DNA of 64,000 nucleotides, taken from assembly GCA_009103225.1 (NCBI GenBank), contig RHPI01000401.1, positions 50,290 to 114,289 of the forward strand, given 5' to 3'. The notes under the pieces were generated by a model. The model worked only from the letters and a program-made list of their open reading frames with translations, was not told the DNA's origin and did no database searches. The first letter of the stretch is position 1, and every line of letters starts with the position of its first letter. A program made the translations under genes and the position numbers. This DNA is from Chlorokybus atmophyticus. Its lineage: Eukaryota > Plantae > Mesostigma and Chlorokybus algae. Below, piece by piece: positions 23,634 through 37,260 of the stretch.

Positions 23634-25770
23634 CAGCCCGAGTGGACCGACCAGATTCTACAAGTGTTTTGTGAATCAAAGAAGGGTATGAAAGTGTTGC
23701 AAGAGCTGAAAAATGCAGCTACGGACACTAGTGGGCATTGGTCAATGCGCGACGGGCTGCTATGGCACCACGGGCGCTTGTACATCCCCAACGTCGCGCA
23801 TATCCATGTGAAGTTGCTGAAGGAAGCTCGTGACGTGCCCATTGCTGGTCACCAAGGGTTGGAAAGGACTTTGGCAAGCTTAAAGCAGCGTTTTACTGGC
23901 GAGAGATGCATCGCGATGTGCGCGATTACATGGCATTGTGCGACGCATGCCAAAGGGTGAAGGCAAGCAACCAAAAGCCAGGTGGGTTGCTGCAAACCTC
24001 TCCCTGTGCCATTGTCCAAGTGGGAGCAAGTTATCATGGACTTTATCACGGGGCTACCAAAGACAAGACAAAAGAAGGGTACAACGCTATACTTGTGTTC
24101 GTCGACAAAACCAGCAAAATGGTACACTTGGCACCATGTGGTGAGTCTTGCACGGCACCGGAGGCAGCACACTTGTTCGTGAAGCATGTGTTTCGTTCTC
24201 ATGGATCACCACAAAGCATTATGAGTGATCGCAACCCGCGCTTTACAAGTAAGTTTTGGGAGGCGCTGCATAGTGCACTGGGTACCACACTGAGGTTTAG
24301 CACGGCATTCCATCCGCAAACTGATGGGCAAACGGAGCGGGCCAACCGTGTGATTGAGGACATGCTGCGTTGCTACATTAACGCGTGACAAGACAATTGG
24401 GCGGAGCTGCTTGAGTTGGTGGAGTTTGCGATCAACAACCACCACAATGCAAGCACAGGTGTCACTCCCTTCCTTATAAACTACGAGCAACATCCATTGA
24501 CACCGTTGACAGCATGGACGCCGCGGCAACATGACGTGCGTGTGGAAGCAGATGATGACTTCCTCACAAAGTGCGCGGACATTAATAAGGCAGCTAGGGA
24601 GGCGCTATTGGTGGCACAAAACAGGCCGAAGCAGTATGCGGACGCGCATCGCCGACACCTCACATTTTAAACAGGCAACATTGTGTTACTCTCCGTGAAG
24701 CATGTATAGGTGTGTACGAGAGTTCGCAAGCTGAATGAACGCTGGTTGGGACCATTTAAGGTCAGCAAAGTTATCTCGGACGTGGCGTACAAGCTGGAGC
24801 TACCCGACACCATGCGTGTGCACCCCGTATTTCACGTCTCCGTTCCAAAAGGCATATCGAGAACAACCGCCAAAAAGGCCACCCCCGGAAGTTGGCACGG
24901 ATGGTAAACCAGAGTGGGAGGTAGAAGACATCCTTGGTGAGAACTTTGTGCATGGCGTGCGCAAGTTCTTAGTGCAATGGAAGGGCTATCCATTGCATGA
25001 AGCAATCTGAGAGCCAGAGGCACACTTCGATAATGCTTGAGACGTTGTGCGTGACTATCTTGTTCGACGCCAACCTTGCGAGCTTCGAGGACGAAGCTCA
25101 CCTAGGGGGCAGGAGTGTAACATTCAAGGCCAAATTTCGTGATTTTCATGGCCATTTTAGGCCTTATTTGCGAGGTGTCATGTTTTTTATGACTTGTGGC
25201 GGATATTGGCGAGTTGCGAGTCTGCCGCAGATATCGACCGGCTCAGGGCCAGTCTGAAAGACGCCAAAAAACGGAGGGCTAGTTGAGAAGGGCTCGACCA
25301 GATTTATAGAAGGGCCTGGCGCCAAGTAGTATAACTTGACCATATGAGCAGCAAATGAGGAGATTTTTGGTGCGTCTAGAAGTGTACTACAAGATTCTGC
25401 AAGAACATCGACGATTCTAGTTCCGTCGAGCGCTAGAATCGTTTAAACAGTAGCATGTGCAGACTGGTAGGTATAAGAGTGACATTCTACAATTTGCAAT
25501 ACAACCTTTAGCTCCCTAGTTTCTTGTTTGCAAGCTTGGTGGTTAGCAGAGGTTGCTAGCGTGTGTCCACCGATGTGTGCTTACTTGTGTGACGATCCAA
25601 GGCGCCACACAAGTCGGTGTGTAGCTTTAAGCGCATGCGCGTGCGTACGCGATTGGCGAGGCGCGCGTGTGTGCTCGGCAGAGGGGGCAAGGTTCCGATG
25701 TGAATATCGGGTCTTGGTGAGAAGGTTGATTGGACCAACTCACAAGTAACAAGGCACGAGCACCGTCACA
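23634..25770 (+). mobile_element. 5'-truncated chromovirus (Ty3/Gypsy): integrase, chromodomain, PPT and 3' LTR
   Basis: Near-identical to the reverse complement of 30703-32850. FHPQTDGQTERAN, WEVEDILGE...FLVQWKGYP, PPT at 25104-25115, LTR 25116-25770 (TGTAACA...GTCACA). Confidence 0.9.
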
Positions 25771-26525
25771 GGTGCTGCGTGAGAGATGGCGCAGTATTAC
25801 GACAAACCGCCTGCGACTATGTTGGCGGATGTCAACTGCAACATTGACATAGCCATGGTTAAGGTGCGACGGATCGTGCGGCAAAAAGATGTGTATGTGG
25901 AGCACCTGCAGATGACCATGTTTGCCAACAAGCTGGGCTTGTTAATCGGCTGCGTGACTGTTCAGCGCGAGCATGGGGAATGGGTGCCACGGCCCGGCAG
26001 CGCAGTTTGGGTTGGAAATAAAGAAGCCCCCAACTCAGTCCTGGAAGTGAGCAACACTGCTCCTGATGAGCCATAAGCACTTTTGGCTCCTCAAGCCTGC
26101 AAGCACCGAACAATGGTCGTGGCCTAAGCATGAAGTGCCGCTGGAGGTAATAGACCTGGTCGGAGAGTGGCGGAATGGCGTTGCCAATCCCCCGCTACCA
26201 CCGGCTGCGACTTAGGGTGCTGCGCCAACGTCTCAGGCCTCGCCTTCGTGTGCTAGGCAAGAAGTAGCCAACGGTTCTGCACATCCTGCCTCCCCTCAAC
26301 CACAGCCACATGCTCGCAATAACAATTCAGCACCCTCCCTTCCTGCCGCACAGATCACAAAAGACTTGCCGCTTTTATGGTCGATTTGTGGTAATGTAAT
26401 GTCCCTTCCCGTTATATTCCCCCCCACTTAAAAACGCTGGCGTCCTCGGCAGCTGCTTCCCATCAGCTGGGGAATCATCCCAAGGGTCTGATTAGGGTCG
26501 GTCACCGGCCCCACCACCCAAGGAC

Positions 26526-27875
26526 AGGCCTGTTGTCGGGTCAAGGAGAGTCGAGGGTCACGCTGTCTCGGGCCGCTGCAGGGAAAGACATGCTGGCTAG
26601 CTCTGTTGCTGCAACATATTGTAACATGTAGCAAAAGTAAAAGATAACACAGCTTGTATAGCGAGGAGTGCTTGGTGGAGCTGCTCCGCTGTTGCTAAAT
26701 AACACGGATATGTGGAGGTGGTGTCATCCTTAGTGTACATGCTGTGCTGTAGGACACACAGTCAACAAGCCACTACTATATGTAGTGCTGTTTACACAGT
26801 TCTTTGCATGCGGAACATCTGTTCAGTGGTTAAGTGAGGTGAATGAGCAAGCAACACGTGGATACTATGCCCTAACCAATGCCAACAAACACACCACAAC
26901 CAGGCACACCAAGCTCACAGCAATGACAAGCACTATGCACACGAGCATGCAAAAACCTCACATAGTGAGGGGTCTCTAAGTAATCGGGATGGCGTGTTCG
27001 CAGTTCAAGTCGCTTCACAAGCTCTTAGCTTTTTCACTCACAGTGTCACCAGCTGATCCGGTGAACACCATGACTACATAAACAAGTCAATAAGTCAAAT
27101 TGTGACTGTTTTGAACATAAGATAACGATCATATCGAGGCTATTTCCACAGCGATCATCACTCGATATACAACACAACTTGTAACTGAACAGCTACGCGC
27201 GGTGCCTTTGTAGGCTATGGTCGTGAGCTACTCCAGAGTCATGACCTAGCTACTGGTCACTGACGCGCGCGCGTTGGTATGCTGGTAGGCCAGGCGATGG
27301 ATTTGATGCAGGAATGCTCGATGAAGGCTGGTATGCGCGTGCAATAGGCCTGACAGTTGTCGGGTCGAAGAGAGTCGAGGGTCACACTGTCTCGGGCCGC
27401 TGTAGGGACAGACATGCTGGCTAGCCCTGTTGCTGCAACATGTTGTAACATGTAGCAAAAGTAAAAAATAACCCAGCTTGTATGGCGAGGAGTGCTTGGT
27501 AGAGCTACTCCGATGTTGCTGAATAACACGGATATGTGGAGGCGGTGTCCTCCTTGGTGTACATGCTGTGCTGTATAACACACAGTCAACAAGCCCCCNN
27601 NNNNNNNNNNNNNNNNNNNNNNNNNNNNNNNNNNNNNNNNNNNNNNNNNNNNNNNNNNNNNNNNNNNNNNNNNNNNNNNNNNNNNNNNNNNNNNNNNNNN
27701 NNNNNNNNNNNNNNNNNNNNNNNNNNNNNNNNNNNNNNNNNNNNNNNNNNNNNNNNNNNNNNNNNNNNNNNNNNNNNNNNNNNNNNNNNNNNNNNNNNNN
27801 NNNNNNNNNNNNNNNNNNNNNNNNNNNNNNNNNNNNNNNNCATGCTTTGCTGTAGGACACACAGTCAACAAGCCA
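26526..27875. repeat. ~245-bp direct repeat (26526-26770 and about 27346-27595, plus a partial end at 27841-27875 after the gap)
   Basis: ggcctg...gtcgggtc...gagagtcgagggtcac...cacacagtcaacaagcc repeated at high identity. Interrupts the host Gypsy tail. Possibly TRIM-like LTRs; TSD not clean. Confidence 0.7.
27598..27840. other. Assembly gap (N run)
   Basis: Run of N. Confidence 1.
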
Positions 27876-27920
27876 CCCCCCCCGAGCTTCTGGGCAGGTT
27901 CCAGCTCCAGAGCTCAGTTG

Positions 27921-29329
27921 CTAACGCAGGTGAGGAGAGCCGTTGGTGCGGCAATCGTCGCACCAGTAGTCCTCCATGGGTATTGCGTTCAATGGGGGCT
28001 CCAGACAGTAGCAATGCAGGCCCTTGTTATAGCCATTGCAGAGCATCATGAGTGCGTCGTTGCCGGCGCTGTCGCAGCATTCACACCGTGTGCTGCGGGC
28101 GGGGCGAGGGTGCTGGATGCGCGCAAAGCCAGCTATATAAGGAAGGTGACATGGCGCGCAGTTCACCATGTTGTCTTTCAACCTCTCGCCATTTTTACCA
28201 AGGAGGTCCAGCACTCCCGTGGGGTACACCTTGAGTACCTTGTCGACGGTGCGGTCCATGGAGGTATTGAGCGTGTCCTTATTGGCTGCCATGCGGTAGG
28301 CAAAGTCCCCTGCTTGAAACCACCGTTGGCGCTCCTTGTAGAAGCCGCTTTGCACGCGCTCGTAGCGCAGGGTGATGCGGTGCTGTGCGATGCGTAGGTT
28401 GTTGAAGGCCATCGAAATGGTGTGCTCGAACAGCGCGGCGCGTGTGGTAATGTCGCGGTGCATCCAGTCGGGATCATCGAGGTTGTTCACCACACGATCT
28501 ACTTCCTGCTGTGCACAAAAGGGAAGCAATGGCGGACGCCCAAATAGCAGGTAGTGTGGGCTGTACTCGCGCAGAGCCGCTTGCTTTGACAATTCAAATC
28601 CAAGGGCCACCCACGGAAGGTGGTCGTCCCAGGTGTTCTTCTCATATCCCAGCACGTACTTGCGGAGTGCCTTCTTAATTATAATGGTCTGCACTGTACG
28701 CTCGGCGAGACCGTTGGCTTGGGGGTGGTCACGCGAAGTACGGTGATGATCAATATAGCATCTGTCCAACAGGGTGTCGAACTCTCCTCTGAACTCAGTG
28801 CCTTAGTCGGTAATAAACTCAGCGCAGCTGCCAAACTGGCTGAGGACATGGGAGAGGAAGGCTTGAGACACCCCCCTGCTGCTTTTTCGGGTAATGGCAC
28901 CAGTTCCACCCATTTGGAGAAGTGCTCGACCATGACCAGGATGTAACGGTTGCCACGTGCCGAGGGTGCCAACTCACCCATGATGTCGAATCTCCAGCAA
29001 TAAAAAAGACCGAAGATGGGGAGAGGGTGCAAGGTAGCGCTGCGTGTGTTGAGGCTGGCGCGTACCATGTCACACTGTCGGCAGTCGCTGACAAATCCCT
29101 GCACTTGTTTGGACAGCCCATACCACAAATATTGCGCCCTTACCAGGCTGACTGTACGCTTGACACCGAAGTGTCCAAGCTTAGTGTGGAGGGCAGTGAT
29201 GATGCCCTCATGTGTGGCTGGTGTCGGCACCTCCTTGTCTTCATCATGGACGCGGCAATACAACTTGTCATCCGCCCATCGATAGTGGCGGGTGCGTTTA
29301 TCGACACGATCTTGCTCTCGTGCACTCAT
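27921..29329 (-). pseudogene. Gypsy integrase with a C-terminal PHD finger (DNMT-Gypsy host element)
   Basis: LHTKLGHFG, CRQCDMV, WRFDIMG, VEHFSKWVELVPLP, HPQANGLAERTVQTI, then CECCDSAGNDALMMLCNGYNKGLHCYCLEPPLNAIPMEDYWCDDC (C4HC3 with one Cys>Tyr). Frameshifted. Confidence 0.9.
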
Positions 29330-30697
29330 GCTAGAGGGAAGCTGGCCACTTTGAAGGATGGAGAGTGATGGCTTGTCCAGCCGTATGTCTTGCCTGCTGC
29401 CGGCTCGGTGTCGTCGACTTCAATGTCGACCGCGTGGACGTCCCCTAGGGGTGCGGTCACCGTGGGGCCGATAGACTCAAGGGCAGGAGTCTCCTCTGCC
29501 ATTGAGGTGGCAGTGGTGCTGATGCGGCGCCATGAACGTAATGCGGCAACAGCAAACATGGCCGCCACATTGGGAGCTGCTGCTGCAGGGCTGAGCTCAT
29601 GCCGAGCTCCGGTTGCATCGTTGATGCTGAGGTGAGGGTTGCGACTGAGGCCATTGTCGTCATGGTTGGTGAGGCCGATTTGGTGATCGATCTCAAAGTC
29701 ATACTCCTGCAATAGCAGGGCCCAGCGAGCAAGTTTCCTTGTCAGTTCTTGGTTGGTCATCACTCGAGTGGCTGATGATCGGTGATCAGCTGAAATTGTC
29801 GACCGAAAAAGAAAGGTCTGAAGAACGAGATAGCCCACACTGCAACGAGGCACTCCCCCTCGTAGCTGCTGAAGTTGGCCTTAGCGATGTTGTTGCTTCG
29901 GCTAGCATATGACACCACCCGCTCCTTCTTGTTCTCATCGTGCTGCACCAGCACAGCCCCCATCTTAAGCTTGCTCCAGTCGGTGTGGAGGATGAAGGGC
30001 TTGGTGTAGTCAGGCGGTTGCAGGATGGTAGCGGTGGTTAGCCTGCCCTTTAGCTCCTCAAACGCCTGCTGCTGTGGCTCCTTCCACGCAAACTCCACTT
30101 CCTTGTTTAGAAGAAAAGTCGAGGGGCCGCGCGATCTTTGCAAAGTCCTTCACGAACGGCGATAGTAGTAGGCAAGGCCCACAAAGGCGCGCATGTGCGT
30201 AAGGTCCGTTAGAGCAAGGAAAGCTGCCAGGGCCTCCACCTTTGCCTGCTGTACGTACACACCGTGGGGCACAATCATGTGCCCTAGGTAGGGTACCTTG
30301 TGAGTGAAGAAGGTACACTTGTTGGGGTGCACAGTCATCCCCACCCCCTTGAGTCTCTCTAGCACCTCCTCGATGTGCCGTGAGTGCTCTTCGTTGCTGC
30401 GGCTAAAGATGAGAATGCCGTCAATATAACATCGCGTTAAGTCTAGCCCCTTCAAGGCTTTGTCCATAACGCGCTGGAACTTGGCAAGAGCATTCTCCAG
30501 TTCAAAATACACGAGCTTCCACTGGTACAGCTGCCGATTGCCCCAGAAAGAGATCTTGTGCTTATCCTCCTCCATAATGACGATCTGATTGTACCCTTGT
30601 CGCATGTCCAGGATGCTGAAGACGGTACAGTCTCCTACATCATCCAAGAATACCTTCTGCAGTGGGCATCGGATACCTGTCTTGTTTGGTATTGTTG
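29330..30697 (-). pseudogene. Gypsy RT C-terminal half and RNase H (DNMT-Gypsy host element)
   Basis: FSILDMRQGYNQI, FQRVMD, CYIDGILIFS, FILHTDWSKLKMGAVL, YEGECLVAVWA, LITDHQPL, KLARWALLLQEYDFEI. Confidence 0.9.
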
Positions 30698-30702
30698 TAA
30701 AG

Positions 30703-33700
30703 TGTGACGGTGCTCGTGCCTTGTCACCTGTGAGTTGGTCCAATCAACAACCCTCTCACCAAGACACGGTATTCACACCGGAACCTTGCCCCCTCTGCCA
30801 AGCACACACGCGCGCCCCGCCACTCGCGTACGCACGCGCATGCGCTCGAAGCTACACACCGACTTGTGTAACGCCTTGGATCGTCACACAAGCAAGCACA
30901 CACCGGTGGACACACGCTAGCAACCCCTGCTAGCCACCACTAAGCTTGCACACCAGAAACTAGGGAGCTAAAGGTTGTATTGCAAATTGTAGAATGTCAC
31001 TTTTATACCTACCAATCTGCACATGCTACTGTCTAGACGATTCTAGCGCTAGACGGAACTAGAAGCTAAGATTCTTGCAGAATCTTGTAGTACACTTCTA
31101 GACCTTTCCAACGCACCAAAGATCTATTAATTTGCTGCTCATATGGTCAGTTATACTACTTGGCGCCAGGCCCTTCCAAAAATCTGGTCGAGCCCTTCTC
31201 GACTGGCCCTCCGTTTTCTGGCGGCTTCCAGACTGGTCTTGGGGCCCCGGTCGATATCCGCGGCAGACTCATAACTCGCCGATATCCGCCACAAGTCATG
31301 AAAAACATAATACCTTACAAATAAGGCCTAAAATGACCATGAAAATCACGAAAGTTGGCCGTGACTGTCACACTCCTCCCCCCCCAGATGAGCTTCGTCC
31401 TCGAAGCTCGCGAGGTTGTCGTCGAGCAAGATAGTCACGCACAACGTCTTGAGCATTAGTCAAGTGTGCCTCTGGCTCCCAGGATGCTTCATGCAACGGA
31501 TAGCCCTTCCATTTCACTAAGAACTTGCGTACGCCATGCACAAACTTCTCACCAAGGATGTCGTCTACCTCCCACTCGGGTTCACCATCCGTGCCAACTT
31601 CGGGGGGCGACCTTTCTGGCGGTTGTTCTCGATATGCTTTCAGAAGGGAGACGTGAAAAACGGGGTGCACACGCATGGTGTCGGGTAGCTCCAGCTTGTA
31701 CGCCACGTCCGAGATAACTTTGCTGACCTTAAATGGTCCCAACCAGCGTTCACTCAGCTTGCAAACTCCCGTACACACCTATACATGCTTCACGGAGAGT
31801 AACACAATGTTGCCTGTTTAAAATGTGAGGTGTCGGCGATGCGCGTCCGCATACTGCTTCGGCCTGTTTTGTGCCACCAATAGCGCCTCCCTAGCTGCCT
31901 TATTAATGTCCGCGCACTTTGTGAGGAAGTCATCATCTGCTTCCACACGCACGTCATGTCGTCGCGGTGTCCATGCCGTCAACGGTGTCAATGGATGTTG
32001 CCCGTAGTTCATCAGGAAGGGAGTGACACCGGTGCTTGCATTGTGGTGGTTGATCGCAAACTCCACCAACTCAAGCAGCTCCGCCCAATTGTCTTGTCGC
32101 GCGTTAACGTAGCAACGCAGCATGTCCTCAATCACACGGTTGGCCCGCTCCGTTTGCCCATCAGTTTGCGGGTGGAACGCCGTGTTAAAAACTTCAGTGT
32201 GGTACCAAGTGCACCATGCAGCGCCTCCCAAAACTTACTTGTAAAGCGCGGGTTGCGATCACTCATAATGCTTTGTGGTGATCCATGAGAACGAAACACA
32301 TGCTTCACGAACAAGTGTGCTGCCTCCGGTGCCGTGCAAGACTCACCACACGGTGCCAAGTGTACCAGTTTGCTGGTTTTGTCGACGAACACAAGTATAG
32401 CGTTGTACCCTTCTTTTGTCTTGTCTTTGGTAGCCCCGTGATAAAGTCCATGATAACTTGCTCCCACTTGGACAATGGCACAGGGAGAGGTTTGCAGCAA
32501 CCCACCTGGCTTTTGGTTGCTTGCCTTCACCCTTTGGCATGCGTCGCACAATGCCATGTAGTCGCGCACATCGCGATGCATCTCTCGCCAGTAAAAACGC
32601 TGCTTTAAGCTTGCCAAAGTCCTTTCCAACCCTTGGTGACCAGCAATGGGCACGTCATGAGCTTCCTTCAGCAACTTCACATGGATATGCGCGACGTTGG
32701 GGATGTACAAGCGCCCGTGGTGCCACAGCAGCCCGTCGCGCCAATGCCCACTTGTGTCCGTAGCTGCATTTTCCAGCTCTTGCAACACTTTCATACCCTC
32801 CGTGTCTTTATGAAGCACTTGCCAAATCTGGTCGGTCCACTCGGGCTGCACTTGAGCCAGGGCCTCAATTGCATTAAGCCGGCTCAGCGCATCAGCAACA
32901 CCATTTCACGTACCGGGCTTGTACTTGATATCGAAGTCAAAAAGTTGAAAGAATTCAAGCCATCGAGCTTGTCTGCGACTTAGATGAGGTTGTGTTTGTA
33001 AGTACATCAGTGGAGAGTGATCCGTCTCAAGCACAAACTTTTTGCCTTTCAAAAAACAACGCCATTGTCGTAGCGCCATGACTTGCGCCAAAAGTTCCTT
33101 CTCGTGCACGGGGTAATTCAGCTCCGCACCACTCATCTTCTTGCTGAAGAATGCTACTAGTTGAAGGCCGTTGCCATGGTCTTGCTGCAAAACAGCTCCT
33201 ACGGCTGTGTCGGACGCGTCGCAAGCCAAAATAAATGTCTTTTCCATGTCGGGGTGAGCTAGGACTGGTGCCTCCGTCAGCGCCTTTTTCAACGCAGCAA
33301 ATGCATGTTCCTCTGTTGCTGACCAGCTCCAAGGCTTTCCCTTCTTGAGTAGGGCAGTCAAGGAAGCAGCTATGCGCAAAACCCCCATGATAAACTTGCG
33401 ATAATACCCCGCAAGGTTTAAAAAGGACATCACCTCCTTTACGTTGGTTGGGGAAGCCCACTCGCGCACCACCTGCACTTTGTTGGGGTCCGGCTTGATG
33501 CCTTCATGCGACACGATGTGGCCTAGGTACTCCACCTCTCGAAGCAAGAATTTGCACTTTTGTAGCTGGGCGTACAACTTGTGTTCGCGCAAGCACTGCA
33601 ACACGCGCCGTAGAAGTGCCACGTGCTCCTCCTTTGTTGTCGCGTACACCAAAATGTCGTCGAGGTACATGAGAACTCCCTTACCAATCAAGTCAGCAAA

Positions 33701-36700
33701 AACGCTGTTCATAAGCAATTTAGAATGTTGCCGGTGCGCTCGTAAGTCCGAAGGACATGACCAACCACTCGTAGTGCCTTTAATGTGTGTTATATGCTGT
33801 TTTCTCCACATCCTCGGGCGCGATGCGGATTTAGTGATAACCTCCAGCAAGATCAAGTGTTGTGAAGTACTGCGCACCTTGCAATTGCTCCAGCAACTTG
33901 TCGATACGTGGCAGTGGAAAGCAATTTCTCTTCGTGATGTTGTTGAGAGCTCGGTAGTCGACACACATGCGCAAGCTCCCCGTTCTTCTTTCGTATAAAC
34001 AAAATAGGTGCACCATAGGGGGACTTACTAGGCCTGATGTAGCCTCTTTTCAGCAAGTCCGCCACCTGCCTCTCGGCCTCCTCCAGCTCCAAAGGTGACA
34101 ACTTGTATACGGGTCGATACGGTGGCTTGTGCACGCCCTCAATCAGCTCCACCCGGTGGTCTACGCTCCGTGGAGGTGGTAGACCAGATGGAAGTCCGTC
34201 CACCATGATATCTTGGTATTCTTTAACAAGTTTACACACCTCGGGGTCCATCGTAGCCGTCTTAACATCGTCACGCAGCTCTGGTGCTGACTTTGCAGTG
34301 TTTTCATGCACCACGCACAACCATGCAGCCTTTGCCTTTCGTGGAGACAATAACTTCCTCAATTGCACATAAGAGATCTGGGCAACTGTCGTACCACCTG
34401 ATTGTGCGTGCCGCGCCTCGATGACGTCCGACGCAGCTTGAATGGAATCACCACCATGGTCTTCAACGGTGAGCGCGCGCTTCTTCCAATTGATGGATGG
34501 ATTATGTTGCCATAGCCACGGTAGTCCCAATATCCCGTCAAACCCGTTCCGTAGGGTGATGCAGCAAAATCGCATGTTCTTCTTCATCTTCCCAATGCGA
34601 ACGAACAACTCTTTGGTCATAAACGCAGCGCCATCACCTCCAGAGGGTGGCTCTCCATCAGCGAGCTTCACTTCACCTCCTCGTAATGACGAAAGCCAAC
34701 CGTAACGCTGCGCAATATCAATACTCATAAAGTTGTTGTTGGCACCGCTATCAATCATGAGCTTGCACTCTCTCCATCGTCCTTGGTCATCGCAAATGTG
34801 TGCTCAAAGCCCGAAGTACTTTTTTGTCTCCTCGTTTGCATAACTCACCACCATTGGCGCGTTCAAAGCCATCTCCTCCTACTTTTTGAATGGAAATGTC
34901 ACAGCATCCGTCCGTGCATGAGGCTCCTTCCTATCCCCAGCGGTAGCCTCCTCACCTACTGGGGGAAGTCGTTTTCCTGCTCCACGCCATTTTGCTCAAT
35001 GGTGTTGACGCGACGATCACGGCGAGGGTTGCCATCCGGTGTTGGCCTTTGCGTGCTTCGTTTGGGGCATCCGTACGCCAAATGCTCCGTCGACCCACAC
35101 GCATAACACTTGCGCACACCTTTACCTCTTTCACCACGTCCGCCGTGCTTCGCCTCACTTTCATGCGTGTGTATGGCACCCACCTCCATTGGTGCAGGCC
35201 CAGAGTCAGCTCCACCTCCATTGGCAAGTGCTAAACTTGGTTCTCCTCGTCTCCATGCATGTTGAAAGCCTCCCCGGGGCTGATCACCATGCCTTTGCTT
35301 CCAGTCAGTGTTTCTTGTGGTGGACTTGAAGTACAACGCGTCGAGACGCTCCGCGATGCGTATAGCCTCCGCGAGTGTCTTCGGGTCCCGTAGCTCCACT
35401 TCTTTACGCCCCAAAGGTTTTAAACCACGTGTATACCTGTCCAACTGCTCCTCCTCGGTCATATTGGGTATGGACATCACCAATCGCTGAAACGCGGCCG
35501 TGTACGCCATCACCGACCCCATTTGCACAAGGGCTGCAAGTTTGTCGCGTGCGGCCTTCACGCTCTCAACGGGAACAATTTGATGCCTGACCTCCAGTGC
35601 CAACTCTTCCATGGTGGTCAACAGTAGCGCCAACCCGTTTGCAACACGCGTACATTGATGCCTCCATCACACAAGTGCTGCACCTTCAAGCAATGTCGCT
35701 GCAACCTTCACGTGCAGATGCGTGGGCACCTCTGTGAGCTTCAACCAAGACGATACTTGAAAAATCCATTCATCCACTGCATCTCCATCACGTTGACCCG
35801 TGAATGGCTTGAGCTTTGGCACCTTCACATACACGCGCGAGCTTGATGCCATGGGAATTTGTACACGCGCCATCGCATGCTCATACGCCTCGCGTTGTGC
35901 TTGTGCCGCCGCTTGAGTGTGATGAAGCTCTTCCCTCAGTGCCAAGATGGCAGCTTGAAGCTCTTCCATGCGAGCATCCTCCATCTCCACTAACACACTA
36001 CACTCCGCTTCCGAATGAAAGGTGTAAGCGCCCACACACTTCCTCTCTCACCTTCGTAAACCGTGCTCCGATACCTTTTTGTGACGGTGCTCATGCCTTG
36101 TCACCTGTGAGTTGGTCCAATCAACAACCCTCTCACCAAGACACGGTATTCACACCGGAACCTTGCCCCCTCTGCCAAGCACACACGCGCGCCCCGCCAC
36201 TCGCGTACGCACGCGCATGCGCTCGAAGCTACACACCGACTTGTGTAGCGCCTTGGATCGTCACACAAGCAAGCACACACCAGTGGACACACGCTAGCAA
36301 CCCCTGCTAGCCACCACCAAGCTTGCACACAAGAAACTAGGGAGTTAAAGGTTGTATTGCAAATTGTAGAATGTCACTTTTATACCTACCAATCTGCACA
36401 TGCTACTGTCTAGACGATACTAGCGCTAGACGGAACTAGAAGCTAAGAGATTCTTGCAGAATCTTGTAGTACACTTCTAGACCTTTCCAACGCACCAAAG
36501 ATCTATTAATTTGCTGCTCATATGGTCAAGTTATACTACTTGGCGCCAGCCCTTCCAGAAATCTGGTCGAGCCCTTCTCGACTGGCCCTCCGTTTTCTGG
36601 CGGCTTCCAGACTGGTCTTGGGGCCCCAGTCGATATCCGCGGCAGACTCATAACTCGCCGATATCCGCCACAAGTCATGAAAAACATAATACCTTACAAA

Positions 36701-36751
36701 TAAGGCCTAAAATGGCCATGAAAATCACGAAATTTGGCCTTGACTGTTACA
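30703..36751 (-). mobile_element. Full-length chromovirus (Ty3/Gypsy) nested in the host RT; TSD TAAAG
   Basis: LTRs 36080-36751 and 30703-31372 (about 13 substitutions and 3 small indels by eye). tRNA-iMet-like PBS AGGTATCGGAGC, PPT at 31373-31386. Contains gag (CYACGSTEHLAYGC), PR (DSGA), RT (YLDD), RH, INT and chromodomain (FLVKWKGYPLHEASWEPE). Removal restores host DYRPL|YNNTKQDRYPMP. Confidence 0.97.
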
Positions 36752-36756
36752 TAAAG

Positions 36757-37260
36757 GGGGCGGTAGTCGCACATACGTCGGTCTCTCTAGTTGCCTGTTG
36801 AATCCTTCTTAAGGGGCATGACGGTCGCGGCCGCAAAGTCCGATGTGGACTCCTCAATCAGGCCTGCATCTAGCAAAGCCTTGCACCTCTGCTCCATCAA
36901 GTCTTTTTTCAACTTGGAGAGTCGGTACTGTCGTCGGAACACCGGTTCGGTGTCCACCGACTCAAAGTCCATTTGATAAATTGAGCAGGCGCTCAGTTTC
37001 TTCACGCTGAAGCTGAACTAACTCCTCCACTTGTTAAGGAGAGCCTCAAGTTGTTGTCGTGACTAACCTGTAGCAGGTGGCCCAATGGCATGGGACCAAG
37101 AGGTAGCGTTGGCAACTACTGGGATGTCCTCCACAGTGACTGCTGCCTGCTCCTTAATATGGCTAATTTTGAGGGCGCTGTGTGACGCTTTGGTCTCTCG
37201 CACGCGATCCGCCCACCCCCCCGCCAGGTGTTCGAGCTCCTGAAAACACACATGGCGGTC
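36757..37260 (-). pseudogene. Host Gypsy RT N-terminus and linker, in frame with the upstream DNMT
   Basis: EPVFRRQYRLSKLKKDLMEQRCKALLDAGLIEESTSDFAAATVMPLKKD...RRMCDYRPL. One frame with only point TAG stops. Confidence 0.85.

Noticed and set aside
27246-27871. Long ORFs spanning N runs (also 60862-63202)
   Set aside because: Artefacts of translating assembly gaps.
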